The translations under genes and the position numbers were made by a program. This document shows positions 43,890-52,232 of a stretch of 52,232 nucleotides of DNA, piece after piece. Location of the stretch: NCBI GenBank assembly GCA_029861425.1, contig JAOTZH010000001.1:1-52232 (forward strand), given 5' to 3'. The notes beneath the pieces are model-generated. The model saw only the letters and a program-made list of their open reading frames with translations, searched no databases and was not told where the DNA came from. Each line of letters starts with the position of its first letter. Positions within the stretch are counted from its first letter, which is position 1. This stretch comes from Gemmatimonadota bacterium. GTDB lineage: Bacteria; Gemmatimonadota; Gemmatimonadetes; Palauibacterales; Palauibacteraceae.

Positions 43890-44989
43890 AGCCCAACATC
43901 CACGCTACCGGCCACTTTGCCACGATCGTCCTCGTGGCCTTGTCCGCTTCGGGGTGCGGTGTCGTACATGAGATGCGCCCGCAGGCGGAGCCTACGTGCG
44001 GGCCCGACGGCCACGGAACCCTGGTCGGGTGGGCGGTTCCCGACCGGCAGGCCGATCGCTCGGAGCTCGCCAGCTGGTGCCTTGCAGTCGGGCCGCCGAT
44101 GTTCGAGGCCGAGCCGGGCCAGGTGGACATCGCACGGGGAGGCGATCGCCGGATCGATGTCGTTTCCTGGAACATCTACGGCAGGGCCGGTGACGTACCG
44201 CAGTTCCTCCGTGAGACCGTCGGGTTCGACTGCGATCGCCAGACGGGCGCGCGCCATTTCGTGCTGCTCGTCCAGGAGGGGGTGCGTCGGTCGCGCGGCG
44301 TCCCGGGCGGTGTCGCCGGAACAGAGGTGGCAATCGCCCTCGACCCGGCTTCGCAGGTCAGGCCGCTCGACATCATCGAGTCCGCACAGGCGTGCGGGCT
44401 GGCGTACTTCTATGTCCCGTCGATGGGCAACGGCGACGCCGATCACGCAACGGGACGTGAGGATCGCGGGAACGCCATCCTCTCGACGATGCCGCTCTCC
44501 GACCCGCTCGCCATCGAGCTCCCGCACGAGGTGCAGCGTCGGGTGGCGGTCACCGCCACGGTCGCGCCACCGGCGGGAGGGTCGATACGAGCCGTGAGCC
44601 TCCATCTGGATACGTTCCCCGGGATCGCCAGGGCCTTGACCACCGGCGGCGCCTCCCGCGAGCGCCAGACCCTCGGGTTGCTGCAGGCCGTGGGGCTGGG
44701 CGGCCCGGTCACCGATCTCGATCTGGAGGGGGTGACGATCGTGGCCGGCGGGGACCTGAACACCTGGTCCGAAGGACAGGAGAGCATCGAGCATCTGCTG
44801 GATGCGTTTCCGGATTCGCCCGCGCCCGACGGCAAGCCCACCCGCAGCGGGTTCCCCACCGATCACATCTTCGTGCGGACGGGCGCCGATTCACCCCTGC
44901 TTGCGCTCGCCGATTCGTACGAGCGGATCGACGAGCGCTACGGTTCAGACCATCACCCCAGGGTCCTGTCGCTAACGGACGCCCGTTAG
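43886..44989 (+). CDS. Endonuclease/exonuclease/phosphatase (EEP) family lipoprotein
   Basis: GTG overlaps the upstream stop (GTGA). Lipobox LSASGC. EEP motifs VVSWNIYG, RGNAILS, GGDLNTW, TDHIFV, GSDHHP. Confidence 0.8.
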   Translation: MKPNIHATGHFATIVLVALSASGCGVVHEMRPQAEPTCGPDGHGTLVGWAVPDRQADRSELASWCLAVGPPMFEAEPGQVDIARGGDRRIDVVSWNIYGRAGDVPQFLRETVGFDCDRQTGARHFVLLVQEGVRRSRGVPGGVAGTEVAIALDPASQVRPLDIIESAQACGLAYFYVPSMGNGDADHATGREDRGNAILSTMPLSDPLAIELPHEVQRRVAVTATVAPPAGGSIRAVSLHLDTFPGIARALTTGGASRERQTLGLLQAVGLGGPVTDLDLEGVTIVAGGDLNTWSEGQESIEHLLDAFPDSPAPDGKPTRSGFPTDHIFVRTGADSPLLALADSYERIDERYGSDHHPRVLSLTDAR

Positions 44990-46012
44990 CTCGAGCCGCT
45001 CTCCGGCCCGGAGAACTGCCACCCGGTACTCGACGCCGGGCTCCAGGGCCGACATGTAGTTGCGAATCCTGCCAAATGTGGAACGGCTGATCTCGATCCC
45101 GTCCACCTCGAGCAGCACGTCCCCACCGATCAGGATCGTCCTGTCGAGGATCTCGATCGGCACGACGCCGGCCACCATGCCGAGTTCCTCCGCGGGCGAT
45201 TCGTGAGCGACCTTCTGGACCAGATAGCCAGCCTCCTGGGGGATGTTGAACGCCCCCGCCAGCTCGCCCTCGATCAGGATCCCCGTCATCCCGGACCAGT
45301 ACATGCGGCGGTTGAACAACACTTCGTAGGCGGCGTTGGAGGTCGCGACGAACCCCAATCCTTCGAAGCCACCGGACTGGGTCAGGATGTAGCTGACGAT
45401 CCCCACCACCTCGCCGTCGAGGTTGAACATCGGGCCGCCGGAGTTTCCCTGGTTGATCGCCGCGTCCGTTTGGAAGAACTCGACGCCCAGATCCAGCTCT
45501 TCATCGAAGTCGGCCCGACGCCCCGATACATGTCCGACCGTGAGCGTGTGTCCGAGCCCGTATGGTGCGCCCACGACGAAGACCTGGTCCCCGACCTCGA
45601 CGAGATCGGAGTCGCCGATCGGGACCGGATCCACGCCGGCGGGGATCGCAGGGATCTTGACCAGCGCGACGTCGGACGCCGCGTCCGACGCGAGCACGCG
45701 GCCGCCGACCCGCGTTCCGTCCCGGAACTCGATTTCGATCTGATCGGCTGTCTCGACGACGTGCGCCGCAGTCAGGACATGACCTTCGCGATCGATCAGC
45801 ACGCCGGATCCCAGACCGGGCAGGGCGACCTGGCCAGCCCGCGGGTCGGCCGCGGCTTCCCGTTCGACGGTGTACAGTACAACGACCGCGTCGCTCACTT
45901 CGCGAAAGCGCTCGCTCACCGACATCTGCTGGGCAGTAGCCGGTGCTGGCGCGGCGAGGAGAGCGGCCATGGCCGCGACTGAAGCCAGAGCTTTGAGAGT
46001 GGTTTTCGTCAC
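44972..46012 (-). CDS. HtrA/DegP-like S1C serine protease with one PDZ domain
   Basis: GTG at 46012 gives the signal peptide TKTTLKALASVAAMAALLAAPAPATAQ. Triad TAAHVV / DVALVKI / GNSGGPM. C-terminal PDZ-like region. The 3' end overlaps the EEP gene by 18 nt. Confidence 0.85.
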   Translation of the reverse strand: MTKTTLKALASVAAMAALLAAPAPATAQQMSVSERFREVSDAVVVLYTVEREAAADPRAGQVALPGLGSGVLIDREGHVLTAAHVVETADQIEIEFRDGTRVGGRVLASDAASDVALVKIPAIPAGVDPVPIGDSDLVEVGDQVFVVGAPYGLGHTLTVGHVSGRRADFDEELDLGVEFFQTDAAINQGNSGGPMFNLDGEVVGIVSYILTQSGGFEGLGFVATSNAAYEVLFNRRMYWSGMTGILIEGELAGAFNIPQEAGYLVQKVAHESPAEELGMVAGVVPIEILDRTILIGGDVLLEVDGIEISRSTFGRIRNYMSALEPGVEYRVAVLRAGERLELTGVR

Positions 46013-46187
46013 GTCGTCAACGCTTCGGTTCAGGTGAGATCTTCTCTGGTCGCCCACACGGTACCGGACGATGGCCACCCGAGGAAGGCCCTCCAGCGGA
46101 GGGCGGGACGTCGCAACCCGGTGGTCCCGGCATGCTGCACCCGGTATGCTTTCGCTCGCTCGCGTAGCCCCCGGGGCAGGAGGATGA

Positions 46188-47729
46188 ATGCGCTCGAGAC
46201 GGAACGCGGTATGGGCACTTCTCCTGGCCACCGGGTGCGGCGCGCCGGACCCCGGCTCCGGCCGCGAGGAGTCCGCCGACATGGGCCCGCCGGACGGGGC
46301 AGTCGCGGCCGGCGATGCCCTGAGGGACTCAGCGAACGCGCCCCGTCTCGTGTTCGACCCGCCGGACGACCTCGAGGATGACGAGCTGAGCGCGATCCGG
46401 GAGCCCTGGCTCGGTGACTTCGACGCGATGGCCGAGCGTCGTCTCATTCGCGTGGCGGTCGCACACAGCCGCACGCTCTTCTTCCTGGACGGGCCTCGCC
46501 CCCGCGGCCTGACATACGAGGCCCTCACCATGTTCGAGCGAGGGATCAACGAGGACCTGGGAACGCGCGCCCTCAAGGTGCACGTCGTGATCGAACCCGT
46601 ACCGCGCGACCGCCTGTTCGACGCGGTGGTGAGCGGGCAGGCGGACATCGCCGCGGCGAACCTGACCATCACTCCGGCTCGGCTCGAGCTCGTCGACTTC
46701 TCCGATCCGCTCATGGCCGGGGTCCGGGAGGTCCTGGTGACGGGGCCCGGGGGACCCGCGATCGGTGTGCTCGAGGACCTGTCGGGCCGCGAGATCCATG
46801 TTCGGCGGTCGAGCAGCTACCACGAGTCGCTGGTGGCCCTGAACGAACGGTTCGCCGCCGAAGGTCGGGAGCCGGTGCGGATCATCCCGGCAGACGAACG
46901 GCTCGAGAACGAGGACATCCTCGAGCTCGTCAACGCGGGAGTCCTGCCCGCGACCGTCGTCGACAGCCACGTAGCGGCCCTATGGGATCAGATCCTCGAG
47001 GACATCATCGTCCACGCGGACATCCATGTGCGCGACGACGGGTCGATCGGCTGGGCCTTCCGGAAAGACAGCCCACGACTCGCCGCCGTCATCAACGAGT
47101 TCGCCCGAACGCACCGGGCCGGAACCCGTCTGGGGAACATCGTCCTTCGTCGATATCTCCGGAGCACCGACTATCTGGTGCACCCGCACTCGGACGGGGG
47201 GGCAGCACGATTCGAGGCGGTGCGGCCCGTATTCGAGCGTTACGGCGGTGAGTACGGGTTCGATCCGCTCCTGCTGCTGGCGCAGGGCTACCAGGAGTCG
47301 GGTCTCGACCAGGGGGCGCAAAGCCGAGTCGGAGCAGTAGGAATCATGCAGATTCTGCCCTCGACCGCGGCCGATCCCAACGTAGGAATCCCCGACGTAT
47401 CCGACATCGACAGCAACGTACACGCCGCCACCCGGTACCTGCGATTCGTTGCCGATCGTTACTTCGACGATCCCGCCATCGGGCCGCTGGACCAGCACTT
47501 TCTCGCGTTCGCGGCGTACAACGCGGGCCCCGGCCGGATATCCAGACTGCGCGCGGAGGCAGAGCGGGAGGGCCTGGACCCGAACATCTGGTTCCAGAAT
47601 GTCGAACGGGTGGTCGCCCGTCGCGTAGGGCGAGAGCCCACGCAATACGTGAGCAACATCTTCAAGTACTACCTGGCGTACCGGCGCATTGCCGACCTGG
47701 ACGCCGCCGTCGCCGACGAGGGTGCATGA
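46188..47729 (+). CDS. MltF-like lytic transglycosylase lipoprotein (periplasmic solute-binding-like domain + SLT domain)
   Basis: AGGAGG 4 nt upstream. Lipobox LLATGC. SBP_bac_3-like N-domain. SLT motifs GYQESGLD, GIMQILPSTA, AYNAGPGRI. Confidence 0.85.
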   Translation: MRSRRNAVWALLLATGCGAPDPGSGREESADMGPPDGAVAAGDALRDSANAPRLVFDPPDDLEDDELSAIREPWLGDFDAMAERRLIRVAVAHSRTLFFLDGPRPRGLTYEALTMFERGINEDLGTRALKVHVVIEPVPRDRLFDAVVSGQADIAAANLTITPARLELVDFSDPLMAGVREVLVTGPGGPAIGVLEDLSGREIHVRRSSSYHESLVALNERFAAEGREPVRIIPADERLENEDILELVNAGVLPATVVDSHVAALWDQILEDIIVHADIHVRDDGSIGWAFRKDSPRLAAVINEFARTHRAGTRLGNIVLRRYLRSTDYLVHPHSDGGAARFEAVRPVFERYGGEYGFDPLLLLAQGYQESGLDQGAQSRVGAVGIMQILPSTAADPNVGIPDVSDIDSNVHAATRYLRFVADRYFDDPAIGPLDQHFLAFAAYNAGPGRISRLRAEAEREGLDPNIWFQNVERVVARRVGREPTQYVSNIFKYYLAYRRIADLDAAVADEGA

Positions 47730-47862
47730 TCCCGCCGCGTGGGGTCTTACGCGGGCCTCTGTCCGACTGGAATCACGGCTGAGCGGCCTCTATTGTCCTT
47801 GCGGCCTGAGCCGGCGGACTCTCGCCGGAGCCGGGGATCGATGCTCAACACGGAGTTCGACC

Positions 47863-48552
47863 ATGAATAGAGTGCTCGCGTTCGCGGCGGTGGGTCTCGG
47901 GCTGTTCGTAGCCCAGCCGGCGGAAGCTCAGTGGACATTTCGCGTCAGCCCCTACGTTTGGGCTAACGGGATGTCCGGCAACCTACGGGTAAATGACGGG
48001 CCGCTCGTCCCCGTAGACGGCAGCGTGTCGGACTTCGACTTCGCGCCGATGTTCGTCTTCTCGGGTTCCGGGCCCCGCTGGGGGTTCATGAGTGACCTGG
48101 CGTTCACGCCGGGTACCATTCGGGCGGGCGACAGCGCACTCGACATCGACAACTTCATCTGGACCGCCGTCGTCACGTTCGACGTGAACGCCAGCCCCAC
48201 CTCGGACGTCAGGGTAGGCCTGGGTGCTCGGTTGTTCACGACCGACGCGATGATTGTCGGACCCGTCGGGGGAGGCGAAGAAGGGAGTCGAACCTGGGTC
48301 GACCCGATCGCGTCGCTACAGGGGACCGTCGGCGACCGCGTCTACTTCAACGGCTACGGGGATATCGGCGGCTTCGGGATCGCGTCGGATCTTACCTACC
48401 AGCTCTACGGTGCGATCGGGTATCAGTTCACGACGGTAACATCCGCCGAGCTGGGCTATCGAGTGATCTCGCACGACTACAAGGACGGCACGACGTTCGC
48501 GTACGACATTCGCCAGCACGGCTTTCTGCTGGGAATAAGCTTCGAATTCTAG
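47863..48552 (+). CDS. Small outer-membrane beta-barrel protein
   Basis: ATG at 47863 gives the signal MNRVLAFAAVGLGLFVAQPAEAQ. Alternating beta-strand pattern; C-terminal GISFEF. Confidence 0.7.
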   Translation: MNRVLAFAAVGLGLFVAQPAEAQWTFRVSPYVWANGMSGNLRVNDGPLVPVDGSVSDFDFAPMFVFSGSGPRWGFMSDLAFTPGTIRAGDSALDIDNFIWTAVVTFDVNASPTSDVRVGLGARLFTTDAMIVGPVGGGEEGSRTWVDPIASLQGTVGDRVYFNGYGDIGGFGIASDLTYQLYGAIGYQFTTVTSAELGYRVISHDYKDGTTFAYDIRQHGFLLGISFEF

Positions 48553-48570
48553 AGGACGAGGGGGGAAGGG

Positions 48571-49197
48571 ATGCGTTCAGTTTCCAGGACGTTAATGATC
48601 GCCGGACTCGCAGCCTTGATGGCCGCGCCGGTCGCCGCGCAGCGGGTCAAGTTGACCCCGACGGCCGGGTATACTCTGGGGGGGAGCCTGAGCGGTCGTG
48701 ACTTTTCGTACTCGCTCGGTGACGGCTTCTCGTGGGGCGGGATCCTGGGGCTCGGGGTCGCCCGGGGTAGCAACTTCGCGCTCATCTTCAACTACATGTC
48801 GACCGATCTCACCGAGCGAAATCGAAGCACGAACGTCAGCTCCGTGCTCGGTGACGTCGCCGTCTGGCACCTCCAGGGCGGAGGATCCTACGAATTCGGA
48901 GGGTCCGACAACGTCACACCATTCGTGGACGGCCACCTCGGCGTTTCGGTCATGAACCCGGGCGATCTCACGGGATTCGGTCAGCCGTCCACAGAGACGC
49001 GTTTCGGGTTCAACTTCGGGTTGGGCGCCGACGTGGCTCGCTGGATCAAGGTCGGTTCACGGCTCTGGTTGGTGCTTACCAATGCGGGCGGCGGTTTCTG
49101 GTGCGGGCCCGGGGGGTGCGCGGTCGGGGCCGGCGGAGATGTCGTCGCGCAAATCGAGTTCTACGGTGGAATCAACATCGGGGGCAGACGCCGCTAG
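48571..49197 (+). CDS. Small outer-membrane beta-barrel protein (OmpW/porin-like, Gly-rich)
   Basis: Signal peptide LMIAGLAALMAAPVAAQ. Alternating hydrophobic strands. Starts 18 nt after the previous OMP gene. Confidence 0.7.
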   Translation: MRSVSRTLMIAGLAALMAAPVAAQRVKLTPTAGYTLGGSLSGRDFSYSLGDGFSWGGILGLGVARGSNFALIFNYMSTDLTERNRSTNVSSVLGDVAVWHLQGGGSYEFGGSDNVTPFVDGHLGVSVMNPGDLTGFGQPSTETRFGFNFGLGADVARWIKVGSRLWLVLTNAGGGFWCGPGGCAVGAGGDVVAQIEFYGGINIGGRRR

Positions 49198-49227
49198 ACA
49201 CCGTCACCTGCGGCACGCCATAAGAAC

Positions 49228-49261
49228 ACGAGGGGTCCGACGTCACCGCCGGACCCCTCGT
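49228..49261. terminator. Bidirectional terminator-like hairpin between the convergent OMP and RND genes
   Basis: ACGAGGGGTCCG - 10-nt loop - CGGACCCCTCGT, a 12-bp perfect stem. Confidence 0.5.
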
Positions 49262-49349
49262 CACATCCCACGACTTCGGCGGGCCGTCCCTGACGGCCAC
49301 GCTGGTCAATTACGCCAGGCGATCCCCAAAGCCGATAACGGGTGGATTG

Positions 49350-52232
49350 CTACGATTCGGACGGAGCGGGGGTCGCGGATGCCGCCTGTGCGGCTCCAGG
49401 CTGCGCCCGGAAGAAGACCGCGTACAGGGTCGGTACGACGACCATGGTGAGAATCGTGGCGAAGCCCAGACCGAACGCTACCGTGACGGCCATCGACACG
49501 AAGAAGGCGTCCGGGAAGAGGGGCGCCATTCCGAGAATAGTGGTCGCGGCGGCCATCCCGACCGGACGAAGCCTGCTGACCGCCGAGTCGAGAATGGCGT
49601 CCCAGGTCGTCTTGCCCTCGCGGATCTCGAGGTTGATCTGATCGATCAGCACGATCGCGTTCTTGATCAACATGCCCGAGAGGCTCAAGAAGCCGAGCAT
49701 CGCCATGAACCCGAACGGCTGCGACGTGGACAGCAGCCCGATCGTCACGCCGATGATCGCCAGGGGCACGACGAGCCAGATGATCGCGGTCTGCTTGAGG
49801 CTGTTGAACAGCGCGAGCGTAACCAGGACCATCAGGAGCAGGAACATTGGCAGGCTCCCCGCGAGCGCCGCCTGTGCCTCGCCGCTGTCCTTGTATTCGC
49901 CCCACCACTCGAGTTCGTAGCCTTCAGGAAGGGGGATCGCCTCGATTTGCGGGCGGACGGTCAGGAACAGCGGCGACGCCTCGCCCACGCGTGGATCCGC
50001 CCTCACGGTGACCGATTGCCGGCGATTCATCCGCTCGATGATCTGGTCCTCGAAGGTCGTTTCGAAACCCGAGACGACCTGTCTCACCGGGATCTGTCTG
50101 CCGGCCGCCGGACTCCAGATCTGCAGATTCTGGATGCTCGTGACATCGACCCGCTGCTCATCGGGCGCACGAAGGATGAGGGGGAGTAACTCGTCCGCCT
50201 CACGATAGACGCCGACCGGGATGCCCTGGAACCCCTGGAGCAGGGACATCGAGATGTCGCGCCGTGTGATCCCGTTCGCGTTCGCCTGCTCCTCCGCGAC
50301 GAGGGGGCGGACGACCTTCACGCGGTCGCGCCAATCGAGCTGAATCCCGAAAGCCCTCGGATCGGCCTCGATGATCGCGCGCGCCTGCTCGGCGAGCCCT
50401 CGCAGGACGTCCGGGTCGGTGCCGACGAACTTCGCCTGGATCTTCCCGGGCTCGCCGGGGCCGAGGATGAACTTCCGGGTCTGAGGGATCGCCTCGGGAT
50501 ACGTGCGCTCGAGATACTCCTGCACCTCGAGCATCATCGCGTCGATCACGTTCGAGTCGTCGACATCGACGAGAAGCTGTGCGTAGGCGCTGTTCGTCTT
50601 CTCCGGCACGTACGTGAGGAGAAAGCGCGCGAACCCGCCGCCGATCGACGAGCTGACGAACATCCGACCCGTCACGGAGTCCTTTCGCACCCCCTCGATA
50701 CCGCCCAGGTACTCCTCGATCTCCGCGATCTTCTCCTCGGTCTCGCGGATGTGAGTCCCCTCGGGCATCCAGAAGTCGACCATGAACTGAGGCCGGGTCG
50801 AGTTCGGGAAGAAGCTCTGCTCGACGGCGCCGAATCCCCAGACCGACGCCGCGAACACCGCGACTACGCACCCCATCGTCAGCCAGCGCAGTCGCAGCGC
50901 GCCGCCCAGGAAGCCCTTGAACCCGCGGTAGAATCTGCCGCCATACGGATCCCCCTCGACCTTGGGCGTCTCCAGGAACATCACCCCCAGGAGCGGCGTG
51001 ACGGTGACCGCCGTCACCCAGGAGAAGCCGAGCGAGAAGAGGATCACCTGGTAGAGCGAACGGGTATACTCGCCCGTCGAGTCCTGCGAGGTTCCGATCG
51101 CCGCGAACGCCAGGATCGCGATGGCCGTGGCTCCGAAGAGCGGGACCGCCTGCTGCTTGACCACGGCGATGGCGGCTTGCTCGCGATCCTCCCCCGCACC
51201 GAATCGCACGAGCATGCCGTCGACGACCACGATGGCGTTATCGACCAGCATGCCGAGCGCGATGATCAATGCGCCAAGCGAGATTCGTTCGAGAGCGACG
51301 CCCTGACTCGCCATGAGGATGAGCGAGCCGCAGATGGTCAGCAGCAGGACGAAGCCGATCAGGAGACCGCTCCGGATCCCCATGAAGAAGAGCAGCACCA
51401 CGACGACGATCGCGATCGCCTGCGCGAGGCTGACGACGAACCCGTTGATCGCCGTCGTCACGCTCTCCGACTGGAGCGAGATGATCCCGAAATCGATGCC
51501 GAGCGGAATATCGCCAACCAGCTGAAACATCCGCTCGTAGAGCCCTTCGCCCATCGTCACGACGTTCCCGCCCGCAATGGTCGAAATGCCGATCCCGACG
51601 GCCGGCTTACCGTCGTAGCGGATGATGTTCGTCGGGGGGTCCTGCACGCCCCGGCGGATGTTGGCGATGTCGCGCAGGTAGACCTGGGCTCCGCCGGGCG
51701 CCCCCGTGATGAGGGTGTTCCCGAGATCCTCGACCGAGTTCACCACCCCGGACGGTTCGATCGTGATGAACTCCGAGCCGACCTGGACCCGCCCGGAGTT
51801 CGTGACGATGTTTCGGGCCTGCAACTCGTCGATCACGGCCCTGATCGGGACGCCGGTCTGAGACATACGGTCCCGGTCGAGTTCGATATACACGACCTCG
51901 GCCGGGTAGCCGTAGATCTCGACCTTCGCGACGTCCTGAACGAGGAGCAGCTCACGTCGCAGGAGCTTGGCCACGTCGTAGAGCTCGGCATAGCTGTACT
52001 CTTCGCCGTAGATGGCGAAGAGGACGCCGAATACGTCGCCAAAGTCGTCGTTGACGATGGACGGACCGGCGCCCGGCGGCAGCCTGCCCTGGGCGTCGCC
52101 CACCTTGCGCCGGAGCTCATCCCAGACCTGTGGCAGACGCGACTTATCGAACTCGTCCTTCATGCTTGCGGTCACGATCGAAAGACCGCGCGAAGAACGG
52201 GACTTCACCTCCTTGAGCTGACCGAGCGCCTG
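49350..52232 (-). CDS. Efflux RND transporter permease (AcrB/HAE1-like), N-terminus outside the window
   Basis: The frame stays open to the window edge (…QALGQLKEVKSRSSRGLSIV…). Typical RND TM/porter alternation and the C-terminal AIVLIDQINLE...RLRPVGMAAATTILGMAPL. About 100 N-terminal residues are missing. Confidence 0.9.
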   Translation of the reverse strand, partial: QALGQLKEVKSRSSRGLSIVTASMKDEFDKSRLPQVWDELRRKVGDAQGRLPPGAGPSIVNDDFGDVFGVLFAIYGEEYSYAELYDVAKLLRRELLLVQDVAKVEIYGYPAEVVYIELDRDRMSQTGVPIRAVIDELQARNIVTNSGRVQVGSEFITIEPSGVVNSVEDLGNTLITGAPGGAQVYLRDIANIRRGVQDPPTNIIRYDGKPAVGIGISTIAGGNVVTMGEGLYERMFQLVGDIPLGIDFGIISLQSESVTTAINGFVVSLAQAIAIVVVVLLFFMGIRSGLLIGFVLLLTICGSLILMASQGVALERISLGALIIALGMLVDNAIVVVDGMLVRFGAGEDREQAAIAVVKQQAVPLFGATAIAILAFAAIGTSQDSTGEYTRSLYQVILFSLGFSWVTAVTVTPLLGVMFLETPKVEGDPYGGRFYRGFKGFLGGALRLRWLTMGCVVAVFAASVWGFGAVEQSFFPNSTRPQFMVDFWMPEGTHIRETEEKIAEIEEYLGGIEGVRKDSVTGRMFVSSSIGGGFARFLLTYVPEKTNSAYAQLLVDVDDSNVIDAMMLEVQEYLERTYPEAIPQTRKFILGPGEPGKIQAKFVGTDPDVLRGLAEQARAIIEADPRAFGIQLDWRDRVKVVRPLVAEEQANANGITRRDISMSLLQGFQGIPVGVYREADELLPLILRAPDEQRVDVTSIQNLQIWSPAAGRQIPVRQVVSGFETTFEDQIIERMNRRQSVTVRADPRVGEASPLFLTVRPQIEAIPLPEGYELEWWGEYKDSGEAQAALAGSLPMFLLLMVLVTLALFNSLKQTAIIWLVVPLAIIGVTIGLLSTSQPFGFMAMLGFLSLSGMLIKNAIVLIDQINLEIREGKTTWDAILDSAVSRLRPVGMAAATTILGMAPLFPDAFFVSMAVTVAFGLGFATILTMVVVPTLYAVFFRAQPGAAQAASATPAPSES

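Noticed and set aside
1-52232. Search for mobile elements, prophage genes, rRNA/tRNA, CRISPR arrays and known defence-system components
   Set aside because: I recognised no transposase, integrase, recombinase, Cas, restriction-modification or toxin-antitoxin signatures in any frame. I noticed no long inverted or direct terminal repeats by eye. A computational repeat and HMM scan is needed to be certain.

Overview
A 52.2-kb, very GC-rich chromosomal segment from a diderm bacterium. It encodes a TonB-dependent receptor, an Omp85 barrel, an RND pump and many lipoproteins. The gene content suggests a Gemmatimonadota- or Acidobacteriota-like organism, but that is a low-confidence guess. I support about 45 protein-coding genes. 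I found no rRNA, tRNA, CRISPR array, transposase or integrase. Gene calls come from the ORF track plus motif recognition by eye; no database search was possible. Many track ORFs are antisense or out-of-frame shadow ORFs typical of high-GC DNA and were discarded. Several starts were moved to internal ATG/GTG codons that have signal peptides, Shine-Dalgarno (SD) sequences or 4-nt start/stop overlaps.

Main blocks:
1. 1-8638: glycan/lipid modification cluster (FkbH-like loader, AsnB, LbH acyltransferase fused to a carrier domain, SDR epimerase, methyltransferase, GlpD-like flavoenzyme, GT4).
2. 8614-9861: inverted mini-operon (micro-ORF, membrane-tailed methyltransferase, 8-Cys miniprotein).
3. 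12527-13875: stand-alone prodomain-like protein coupled to a membrane-anchored S1 protease.
4. 13961-20634: DUF3311 + sodium:solute symporter + hyuA-ltrA-hyuB.
5. 24366-32898: five-gene outer-membrane uptake locus (M28 peptidase, lipocalin-like lipoprotein, TonB receptor, tail-anchored degenerate P-loop-like protein, BNR/sortilin-like protein).
6. 35866-39840: Hanks kinase with an N-terminal polytopic domain, coupled to a transporter-HEAT fusion.
7. 40478-44989: Omp85 barrel with a non-canonical N-terminal region, next to a glycine-zipper protein + EEP phosphoesterase pair.

No single locus can be proven novel from sequence alone. The candidates I rank highest are blocks 1, 3, 5 (its pseudo-ATPase) and 6.
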